Source: Perkinsus olseni
Taxonomy: Eukaryota
Assembly: GCA_013115125.1 (NCBI GenBank)
Contig: JABANN010000154.1
Span: 1 to 60,368 of the forward strand
DNA length: 60,368 bases
Direction of reading: 5' to 3'
A program made the position numbers and the translations under genes. Of the stretch, positions 1 to 10,212 are shown piece by piece. Numbering within the stretch: position 1 is the stretch's first letter; every line of letters starts with the position of its first letter. Below the pieces are notes generated by a model. It did no database searches and was not told the DNA's origin. It worked only from the letters and a program-made list of their open reading frames with translations.

Positions 1-341
1 ACTATGGCGGTACTATGGTGACACTATGGCGGTACTATGGTGACACTATGGCGGTACTATGGTGACACTATGGCGGTACTATGGTGACACTATGGTGACA
101 CTATAGCGGTACTATGATGACACCATGGCGGTATTATGGTGACACTATGGCGGTATTATGATGACACTATGGCGGTACTATGGTGACACTATGGCGGTAC
201 TATGGTGACACTATGGCGGTACTATGCCGACACTATGCCGATACTGTGGTGACACTATGAAGATACTATGGTGACACTATGATGATACTATGGTGGCACT
301 ATAGCGGTACTATGGTGACACTATGGCGGTACTATGGCGAT
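1..341. repeat. 11-bp tandem satellite (alternating ACTATGGCGGT / ACTATGGTGAC, 22-bp higher-order unit), probably truncated by the window start
   Basis: 31 in-phase 11-mers, the last starting at 331; substitutions increase toward the right edge; stop codons recur on both strands and the ORF track calls nothing here. Confidence 0.97.
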
Positions 342-669
342 ATTTAAGAGGGTCGATGACGAGTTCACTACAATCCAGTTTCGTTTGTTCGAGATGGCGA
401 ACACGTTAGCGCGTTTGTCCACAGAGCACGCCACTTAATGCGTAGTACACGACTTCTTCGCACGCCCCACAACGACCGTTCGCCCTCTCGAAGCAGTCCT
501 TCCTACTTCCTCCGTATTCGATGGTCCAAGTACTCCGGGTTGATCGATGGCATGCTTCAACTTAAGCTGCAAAGCGCCTAGCCCCAAAAGCAACACAACA
601 GCGCCGAACGCAGCAACATGATGTAGAATGACCGCACGAGTCTCAATGGCATGGTACCACACCTCCACC

Positions 670-1615
670 TCAAGACACTGCAGCTGCACGAGGATCCGTC
701 ACGTACCTTGAAGGAATCACCTCCATACTCGCAGCAGAGAGGTAGGTCCCACTTGACATCTCGTATCATCGGCAAGGTCACAGACAGGCATCCTCGCAGT
801 TTGTCCCACCTGGACGGCCGGAGACAGTGATGACGCACCCCTCGCCTTACTTGGCATTCCCCCTCTCCTCATCAACGGCATAGGGCAGTGGCAACGAAAG
901 TCTATACCTGTGCCAGGGTGAAGGCTATCCCGACTCGAGCCGCCGCTCACTTGGGCGCTTGCAGTAAGATACGCTCTCTGAGCACGTCCAATGAGATGTC
1001 CTTCAACTGTGTGTTGGGGAGGTATATCCTGGCCAAGTGCTGTCCGAGGAACAGCCGCCATCCGGGGCTACTTCACAGTGATGTCAGTGCACCTGTCCGA
1101 GCTAGGGTCGGTATCATGCAGGTTCAAGAACATATCATTTGCCGACAACTCTTGCCGATACAATATTTCGTACCTGAGAGAGGGATGGCAGCCCCTATGG
1201 ACCACCTTAGCGTTCCGAACTCTGGCGCCGGACGAGGGTCGATCTTATCCCCATCACCACCAGCAGAGACCTCAGGCATGGCGACTCCTGAAGAACACTT
1301 CCTGCTCAGTCATCCACTATCTCAATGGTGTCACCCGAGTGCTTCTTGAAGTCATCCCCATCCCATATAGCGTCTCGCTTAGCCTCCTTTGCCGCCTCCC
1401 TGGCCTGCTGATCTCTCCGCATTTGCGCGGCACTTTTGATACTCACCTGGAGGCACCATACGCCGCTGTCTCTAAACCCTACAGACCTTCTGATTGGGTG
1501 CAGCATTGCTCGGGCCCACCGACCCTCTAGTGGTATTATCCCCTGATGATTCACTCGACTCGAAGAGCTGTATCATGCCTCTCAGCTCATCATGTGAGAA
1601 CGCCGTTCCTGCCAT
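670..1615 (-). CDS. DNAAF6: Dynein axonemal assembly factor 6 / PIH1D3 (Twister) homolog, multi-exon
   Basis: Spliced translation MAGTAFSHDELRGMIQLF...DPRPAPE|YEILYRQELSANDMFLNLHDTDPSSDRCTDITVK|IYLPNTQLKDISLDVLRERILLQAPK|YRLSLPLPYAVDEERG..K|WDKLRGCLSVTLPM matches the PIH1D3 PIH/CS signature; GT-AG introns. Confidence 0.88.
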
Positions 1616-1840
1616 CTCTGCAGCAATACCAGACTCTTCCCCAACCGGTCCTAGTCACTGCAATTGGCAACACCACAGACTGTCGTAAGATGATAATAAT
1701 GAGTACCGTGTACTCGAGAGTGATGATGGGCCTTGCATGCTACTTGTTGATTACACTGCATTTCGTCAGTGATATACGATAGTGTCCTCCTCCTCCTCGT
1801 CATCGTCGTCGTAGTCGATACATATATATAACACAGCTCC

Positions 1841-4800
1841 TCATCCCCGGCTGCTCAACCTCAGCTCTCTACTCAGCAAAGGAGGAGGAGACGCACCAGC
1901 AGCCGGCCGAGACCCTAACATGGGGCTCATCCATCCCTGCGCAAGCGGGCTGCCTTGAAGGGACATGAAGCTCGGCGATCGGCTGCGGAGGGCGGCGTTC
2001 CCCTCAAAGAATGGAGCCTGGCCGACGGCAGTGCCACGGTACTGCACACGGCATACTGGATCCGGAGAATACGCCGCCACAGCGGCTGGTGACTGTTGGT
2101 GATGACCAGTGGGTCGGTGCATCGGCGATGGTGGCATTCGTGGGGACGGAGATCGAGCCCGAGCCTAGTAAGAGGCTTGCTCAGGAAAGCCCTAACGACT
2201 GTGGTACTACATTCATGTTGTCGAGTACGGTCGTCCAGTTGGGTACGGAGGAGCATGGTACTCGCTGTGGGGGAGGTGAAGGGCTCCGACACAGACGAGT
2301 GTGATAAGCGTTAAAAGCAATCGCCTGAATAGGAAGTGTATCTCCGACGCCAAATGCTATAACGCTCAAAAGGGGACAGGGTGCGTGCCCTGGCAAGGCT
2401 CACATTTGCGAGTCGAGGAGATCGTGGTGACACGAAGCACGGGGTCGATCCATAGAGGGGCGAGTTCGCGGCTGAGAGCGATGACAGTGAAACCTGTATG
2501 ATATGCGGTGAGGCCTCACAGCTCTTGTAGCCGACGATCTTCGCCGTTGGTAATTCCTTCTCGTCACCTCTATCCTCTCTAAGGCGCCGAGGAGCCTCGC
2601 TGCGACGGGGCGGCCGGCGCTCAGCAGGGGAGGAAGCCAGCACATGAGAGCCCTGAGGGAATATGCTACATAACGGTAGAGCGGCAGCCCTACACTCCTG
2701 ACGCTAGACACACTCAGACGCTTCCTGGGACGGGAGTCCATTCTGTGACGACTTACTCTCGACACTTCCCTCACTGACCTGGGGACGGGGTCCACTACGA
2801 GAGAACGCCGGCGGCAGGAAGTCTCACTTTCGGGAAGAGCCTCCGCTGGTACGACCGTGATTGTCAGCTGTTTCCACGCGAGGTTCCCGCAAAGATGCCC
2901 TCCGTGAGCCCGAGGTGGTCGAGCTTGTTGAACCGGTCCTCTCTCGTACCGCCTCAACAGTCGCTTCCTCCACCGTCTCCGCGTTGGCAGGGGCATCCAC
3001 ACTGCCACCGTTGCTGGCTGCCATTGCCGCTGCCTTCCGAGCACGTACCTGGGCAGGTCGCGGTGGGCGAGAAACTGTCCCACGGAGCCCCATCGAGGAA
3101 TCTCGCGAGGGTTAGCGAAGGGCTGGACCCCAAAGACAGTAGCAGGACGCATCCCACCCGCTCGACCATCTCCCTCTCCTCAATAACCAGATGGCTGGGG
3201 GCTGGCCATCGAGAGGGGCTTGGGCTGTCAGCGAACCACGGATGCCTCAGCGCATCCCCCACACTCAACCGCTTCCGTGGATCTAGCTGCATCAACCTAC
3301 AATGATGGGAAGGGACATAGCACTACCCACGGTCTTCTCGAGTTGTATCAGGACCGAGAAGGCCATTGCAGCGAGTATTGACGAAGGCAAGTGAGCAAGA
3401 CCTAGCCCCCGCTCACTCGAGTATTAATTCCTTCGCCTCCTGACTGAGGTGTCGGGCACCCTTCCTTCGGAACAGTTGGTCTACGTGCTGATTAAAGACA
3501 GCACACAGACATCTGCTACCCGAGCACACACCCTGACCGCTACTACCCCAGAGGAGAATGCGACCCAATCCTTGTCACCACTGCGAGGGTCCGCTGTTTG
3601 AAAGAGACTTCTGGCAGTGAGCAGATAGAAGATACCTCAAGGCAACAAAGACAACTCTATCCCGCCTCAACCCGTGGCCATACTCCAACCCAGGCACCAC
3701 GAGTCCACAGCAGTAGCGATGTAGTCCCTACGGGAGTACAGCTCTGGCGGCCGGAAGGACTTCCCTACGAGACCTCTGACATATCGCCACCACCATAGGG
3801 CGCAGGACTCATGCTTGGACCCTCACTTGAAGCGTATGAGCTTTTCTCTTCCGCTGCTGTCGGTCGAGAACTCAGTGGCCTGTCCTGGGTCGCATATCTA
3901 GCAGACCAGGATGGATATGAGGGCTACTCACCATGGCCATCACCTTGACAGTGTAATTGCCAGATTCTGGTTCGACGAAGAGTAACATATTTTCTAACGA
4001 TACGTCCTGCAAGGCTAGTCCGTGCCTGAGCAGCTGTGAGTGAGTAACGAAGCACTGCAGTCCCATCGAGCCGAAAGACAGCGATGGTGCTTCCCAATTG
4101 GCGACGGACAGCTACTACTGCCATCATCAGAGCGGGTCCTTTTACTACTACCGGTGCAGGTAGGCTATGCCTTGGGCCGCCTCTGCTACTACACTCTTCA
4201 CTACTCTCTCCTGGAACCCACCATCAGTAGCGCTAGAGACTTCTTTCAACGACTCCAGAAGATCTCCGCCTGACAGCATCCACTCAGCTGCCACCTCGTC
4301 CGGACCAGGCTGACCTCTAGCCAGGGGTGATGCCAGGTAGTGACAATGGTCATCTTCGGAGTGGTCCAGCAGCTCGAGGACGTGATCGTTCTCTCTCATC
4401 TTAGACGCGAACGTGACCTCCGACAGAGGCATCTCGCAGAACTCGATATTTCGATTGTCCTAGAAGCAACTCATCAGTCACCCCATCCGGGATCATCAGC
4501 TACCTTGGCTTCCAGCTGGATCCTTGCGAGCTCCCGTTTGTGCAGTACTTTAACTGCATAGTCCTTGCCAGTACTCAAGCCTCGGGCCTGACCTCAGTCC
4601 GCTCAGCGCCGTCCTACTACCACACCTCACCCTATAAACACCACCGAACAGGGCGGACTGGAGCTGCTCGATCAGCTCATAGACCTCTCCAGTGGAGCCC
4701 TTAACATACGGTCCAACAGCAACTCTGGTCACTGACTGTACCGGCAACGAGGAGGACCCCCCTGCCGCTAGCGTCGGTCCTCTCACTGAGGGACCTGACA

Positions 4801-4981
4801 CCGGCATGCCAACGCAACTTCTCGGAGCTTGTATGCACTCACCCAGTGGAGGTCGGCAACTGATTGGCCCCGTAGTGGAAGCACATAATGATCCGCCTAG
4901 AACACTTCTGGATGGCTGATGGACCGAAACTGGTCCGAACTGGCTGAATGAAGACGGGAAGGGACGGTGAAGGTGCGCCAT
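1841..4981 (-). CDS. Ser/Thr protein kinase (CAMK-like, atypical motifs) with long low-complexity C-terminus, multi-exon
   Basis: Exons give LQSALFGGVYR, YAVK, GGDLL, GIAYLHR, LALQDVSLEN, ICDPGQA, GKSFRPPE, VDSWCLG and DPRKRLSVGDALRHPWF. The start could also be the ATG at 5059. Confidence 0.85.
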
Positions 4982-5150
4982 CGAGGCTGAGGCTTGCAGC
5001 ACGAGGTGGTGGGGTCGCGAGGACGAGGGCGGTGGAGGAGGAGAAGAAGACAATAACATAATATACACAACAGTGTCCGAGATGAAAATAACTGACACTC
5101 ACTTCCAAGAAGGAGACTCGGACGCCCAACACGACACCAACCTCTCAACA

Positions 5151-7781
5151 TCACGACGATTGATCATGCTCGAGGAGCCTTATGACGTCCCTCCAGTAGG
5201 GCGCAAGATCGGTCAGGATTTCCTCTGCGCTCCATCTCTCAGCGTCAAGCCGGGCTTCGTACCTGCTGGACATGTGCCAGCACCCCAGACAAGGCTACTA
5301 CTTCCCAACCAGCGCGGCTATGTCGGCCAGCACAGCCGACGCAGGACCGACCCTCCTCCTGAGAAACTCTCGTGTGATCGTGGCCAGCTGTCGCGGGGTG
5401 AATGCCACCTCTGATGTCGCCTTCACCTACTGAGGCTCAGTCGGTAATACTGATACCGTGCTGGGCTTACGGCCATAGTCACGGCTGGGAGGGCCAGAGA
5501 GACCTTCCAGTCCGGCATCCCCATGGTCACCTCGCCGAAGCTGTCTTCCACGGGGTCGCCAGGGAACGGCCAAAGCACTTCAAAATCGTCTAGGGGCTGA
5601 CAACGAAGGAAGAAACCGTCGCAGGCAGGAACTTAATCAGGCTCACTAGAACAGCACTCCTCGCTCCCACAAGTAACGATTCTTCACCGCCATGAGTGTC
5701 AAACAGCAGAGAATAGGCGATGTTCTCCTCTCCGAAACCACGAACCTGGCCATCATACCCAAATGCCAGGCCACAGAGGCCAGGGCTGGACTACATAGTG
5801 GAGAGCATGATGCTTCGGAATGAAGATGCATTCGCCAGACTGAAGGGTAGTGTTGAACCAGCGTGCAGCGGCAAACTGAGGCCACCTGGAAGATACTCCA
5901 TCATCGAACAAATTCATCATGCCTGTCATTTTATCACAGACCAAGACAGAGTGTGCAGAAAGCGGAAAATGAAGGGTGCCTTCTTACCTCTCCACGTCGA
6001 CCATCTCGCCCTCAATTGGACTGTCATCGGAGCCTACAACCTCCGAGGGGGAATGATAATGTCTGGAGAGAAGAGATGCAGTTCGAATGGCATCCAATAT
6101 GGTATGCTGAGAATCACATTCACTACTGCACACTGGGTCACCAAGGTTCTCCATAGCTGGCCACCTACCCACAACTGGTGTGGGTACTGCCCTCTTGCCA
6201 GAGTGATTTGGTATGGCGTAGCAATTCACTCTGGCAAGGGTGTACTAAATCGTATCACACCGTATCAGCATTCCTCATTTTCCGTCAACTGCAACTTACA
6301 GCCTGTAAAGACAGAGAGGGAGAAAATGCCACACGCAAACTGAAGCCAATATGCCGCCAGTGGTGCGAGAAAGACGGTCAAAAAATCATAGCGCTGAGCC
6401 GACCTCCAACAGCCGCTGCTGCTTTCATTCACTGGACGGTTGACGGACGAGTCGGCGACGAGAGCCATGCCCTCCTCACCCGGACCACATAGGTATCTTG
6501 TCCCCGTCCCTCCTCATATCCCAGAATATCCACTCACGCCATCCTGATATCTGACAAGACCACGACAAAGACCAGCCCAAGCAGCCCGGCAGCCTCACCT
6601 GACACATTAGCTGGTCGTTCATGTCGTAATGGATTACAGAGGAGGTGAAGGAAGGCGATCGGTTGGAGCTGACCCACAGCCCTAGCTCCGTCAGGAGAGT
6701 GCTGCGGTTGTCTCTGACACGTCCTCTGCTGTAGGCCGAACGCTGCTCCCCCTACCCTTCCAATGGGTCCCGGTATCCCCCAGCAATGAAGGATGGCACG
6801 AGGAGGTCGGCGGTGAGGTCTTCTGGAATCTGAGGACCGGGACAGCGTATAAAGGCAGATCGCCATTTCGCCCGGCGCGACCCCGTTCCTATAAATCTTA
6901 GGCCATTACGCTCAAGCGTTCTGATACAGTATGGCGATTGCCTCGAGACTCCACTCGGTGTTCACGAACTGCAGTGAGGCTGCCTGTGCCAATCTTGGAA
7001 GACTCTGTTATTATCCTTCCCCGTAGGGTTTGCAGACGACAACAACTCCATAGGATGCATGCACTACATTAGGCTTTGAAGGCAGGCTCAACCCGGATGG
7101 TCCCCTCCTGGAGCGGCAGTCCCCTCACCTGCGATATTATGTAGACATCCTCACCCTCCTTCATGTTCCCTATTGCCTCAGCCACCGTAGACATACCCGA
7201 GGAAGACTTCGACATAATCTAAGATACCAGACGTCCAACTGCCGACATGACCTCAACGTGCTACAACATCGCTACACGACACTCCCTCCCGGTCGCAATA
7301 GTCCGACAGGCGATCCTCGTTCCTAACTTCCGTTCTGATCGCCTCTGACCCATACCTCTCACTCAGGTACCTTCACTACACCGCAACTGGTGTCCGTATC
7401 AAGGACTGGCTCACCATTACTCAAGGGTCCACGGTAGGGAGAGGAGCTCCGGCATTCGAACCTTGACGGGTAGCCCTTCGGGTTGGACCTTCCTCCAAAA
7501 CCCATACGACGAAAGCTGCTCCACCAGGGTAATTTCACCTAGCAGCCAGTATGATTGATGTCGCCTAAAAGTCGCTAGGACCCCCTACCTCCCCAGGATT
7601 CCTCGAAGTAAGCATGACCGAGTGGATACCGCCGCCTCACTGCCTGCTGCATACTCTCCCCAATACTGGCAATGCAGACCTCCTTGGGTGCACACTCAGT
7701 ACTAGACCCGTTATCGAAAACGACGCGAGGTGAGGCAGCAGAGGCGATGCTCCCCATAGCTAGACATAGCGATAACAACAT
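5151..7781 (-). CDS. JmjC (cupin-like 8) 2-oxoglutarate/Fe(II) oxygenase with N-terminal signal peptide, multi-exon
   Basis: MLLSLCLAMGSIASA signal; then PVKVR...WTLEYLSERYG, LWVSS...SVIHYDMNDQLMCQ|ISGWREW, VDVERWPQFAAARWFNTTLQSGECIFIPKHHALHY|V. The HxD...H iron triad is intact. Confidence 0.88.
6184..6245. other. Long intronic hairpin (13-bp perfect inverted repeat core, extendable)
   Basis: CTTGCCAGAGTGA (6194-6206) / TCACTCTGGCAAG (6226-6238) with a 19-nt spacer and further partial pairing; inside the 417-nt JmjC intron 6063-6479. Confidence 0.85.
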
Positions 7782-7897
7782 CACTACTCACAGCTACTAC
7801 GCGCCAACCACCGCAAGAAAGAACGTGAAAAACCGTGAGCAAGAGGAATATCGCAGCTGTCATCCAAGGCCAACACTACTGACATGTTCAGAAACAT

Positions 7898-9001
7898 TCA
7901 TGGCACGCCCCCGTCACCATCTCTCTCCTGCTGTTCTATCCATCGCTGACGAGCGCTCTTGCCATCCTTCATCTTGGGGTCCTGCCGAGCCCTCCTGTTC
8001 CGTGGGTCACGCTGCGCCTCCTCCTTTGCCCGTTGCTGATTCCACATCTCATCACTGGCTGCAAAGGCCACCTTGGGTATCTTGAAGGTCGCTGCCTGCT
8101 CGGGAGTGCAGGGCCAAATGAGCACGTTAACCTGATCAACCCTGACCAAGATCTCCAATAAATATCCTCACCGAAGGTTGTTCAAAAGACTGTGCTGGAA
8201 GAGGTAGGTTCACTGGCTTGGCGATATCTTTGAGCTCGGCAATGATGCGCACTGCAAAGGATATGCCCTCAGTCCGAGCGGCAGGGCGGTGCACTCCTAC
8301 CAACCATCTGCCTCATCTCTTCCTCCTCCGCCTTTCCCTTCATAATAACAGCCTCCGTCCGATGCTTCTTCAAAAGAAGCTCTCGATGATGGAGAATCTT
8401 AACTACAGGTTAACCTCTGTCATTCTAAAGTATCTCACATATCTTTGGAAGTCGGGTAGAGCTATCCTGCAATTGTAACGCATATACTTGATCTTCAATG
8501 ACGGGTCGAAGCTGTACAAATCAGTCTGTTGCTTCTCCTTGAGGATCTCCTTCTGTCTAATACGGTCACATACACACCATCACCACCAACACGAGGACGT
8601 TACTTCAACTTGTCCACAATCTGGGCTTCAAGGTCGCTCCTCCGAGCTATCCGGCACACGGGTGGCTGCTTGTTAGCATTCACTAACACCTACACGGCCC
8701 ATGCAGCCCCAGCCTCCATCATCCCCTTCCTACCAGGTCTAGGTTAGCCTCTCTCGCCTGAGCCTTGGCATCCTCCAGATCCATCACCCCAATAGCCCCT
8801 CCATCTCTACCGATAACGTGGACCTGACACCGAGGTCGATATCCGTGCAAGAAGAGCTGCCCTCACTCTTGGGAATAGAATATCATCGTTGGCCAGCAAG
8901 CCTTTGAACCCCGACTCAGCCGTGACGAAGAATCTTTGGTTCAAGCACAGCCGCCGCGGAAAGGTCCGTAGCAATGAATCTCTCAGACGGCTGTTGAGCA
9001 T
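7898..9001 (-). CDS. MTIF3: Mitochondrial translation initiation factor IF-3, multi-exon
   Basis: Arg-rich presequence MLNSRLRDSLLRTFPRRL followed by the IF3-N signature NDDILFPR|VHVIGRDGGAIGVMDLEDAKAQAREANLDL|VLVNANKQPPVCRI and an IF3-C-like region. Confidence 0.85.
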
Positions 9002-9210
9002 CGCTCTAGGGCACTGAATGGCGGCCGAACATCATCTCCACAGAGGGTCCCATCTCCGCCATTGACGTACTCAGGAACACAAAGGACCCTTATAAAGGCC
9101 AAACACAGTGTCCTCCGCAAGACCATCTTCGGGCTACTCGCCACGAAGTGTAAGCAATGTAAAAAAGATGATAATGGTGTCATCAGGTCTCCCTTCTACA
9201 GGGAGTCTCA

Positions 9211-9892
9211 CTAATCCTTATACCACTTCTTCGCGTGTGCAGCAAAGGCCTCCGGACTAACAGCCTCAACCACGATGGGCATGAACCTGACCGACACCGA
9301 TCAAAGATACGACTGACGGGCTGCTTACGCATGGAGGGTCCCACACAGCTCCGAGCACTGACCGTAGAACACGCCCTCACGCTGGATGAAGGTGTTGATC
9401 TGAGAGGGGAGGTGCTGAGGGCTGACTAGGCGCGAAGGGGGGCTTACCTTGACCAAACGTCCCGGAGTAGCATCGCACTTGATGCCCAATGATGGTACTG
9501 ACCAAGAGTGTATGACATCAGCTCCCGTTATCTAAAGGCATAGTGGTGACCCTGGTGAGCGCTGAGGGAGGTCTTACTAGGAACCTTATGTGAGTACGGG
9601 TGGGGAGGGTAAGCCTCTTGTCGACCTCCAACATACGGGCCATACCCGGCTTCAAGTCCATGTCCCCCACCAGATTACTCTGGAATGAGTACCTAGATAG
9701 CGGTTACCGCTAAGAGGCTGTGAGAGGGAGCAGGACTTCCCCTTACCAGCTTGGGATGGGAGCACCTTCAAGGTACTTCTGGGGGGTCGGATAGTCCTCT
9801 GGACTGACATCCTGCAACTTAACCTCCTTCTCCTCCTCGGCGTTGGATATATTAGCCGGTCCGAATAGAGAGCGAAGTAAGCTCGTGGCCAT
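9211..9892 (-). CDS. COX2B: Nucleus-encoded cytochrome c oxidase subunit 2b (C-terminal CuA half of split COX2)
   Basis: [11 protein letters not shown]...DYPTPQKY...[115 protein letters not shown]; CuA ligands present. Confidence 0.96.
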
Positions 9893-10212
9893 TACGACGC
9901 GAGTGCCAACGACAGCTTCTATATCAGATCTTGCGCCTCGCGACTACCGAACTTCGTGAATGGAATAAGCGCTCGCCCAAAATTACATCCACTACGAACG
10001 CACGCGTGCTCGTAAACTATTGAGACTGAGGAGTGTTGTGATCTTTGTCTGCTTATGTGAGGGAGTAGTCAGAACAGGAGGCGCTAGGTGAGAGATGGTT
10101 GGTTGAGCATATTGGAGGGGCTGAATGGGAGGTGCTGTGTTACGGTCGCGAAAGGGCTACAAGTGACACCCGTGGGAGGATAGGGGACCCATCCATAGCT
10201 GCATCTACTACT
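9893..10212. promoter_or_regulatory. Divergent strand-switch region (probable bidirectional transcription start) between a minus-strand and a plus-strand gene block
   Basis: Lies between the COX2B ATG (9892, -) and the FHA-gene ATG (10213, +). Inferred from gene orientation only. Confidence 0.45.

Noticed and set aside
1-341. CRISPR array
   Set aside because: Contiguous short units with no unique spacers and no cas genes, in a eukaryotic context.
991-1690. Apparent tyrosine-recombinase motifs on the plus strand (AAIRGYF...LSEL, HSTRR) suggesting a DIRS element
   Set aside because: Antisense shadow of the cleanly spliced DNAAF6 gene on the minus strand.
6897-6916. Spliced-leader relic (TAGGCCATTACGCTCAAG)
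   Set aside because: Only a partial gapped match, antisense within an intron and not upstream of a gene; compatible with chance.
5720-7300. 207-aa plus-strand ORF with vague reverse-transcriptase-like motifs
   Set aside because: No YxDD motif; the region is explained by JmjC exons and introns on the minus strand.
9500-9540. LD-TGAD retroviral protease-like motif with a frameshift
   Set aside because: It is the COX2B splice acceptor followed by [10 protein letters not shown].
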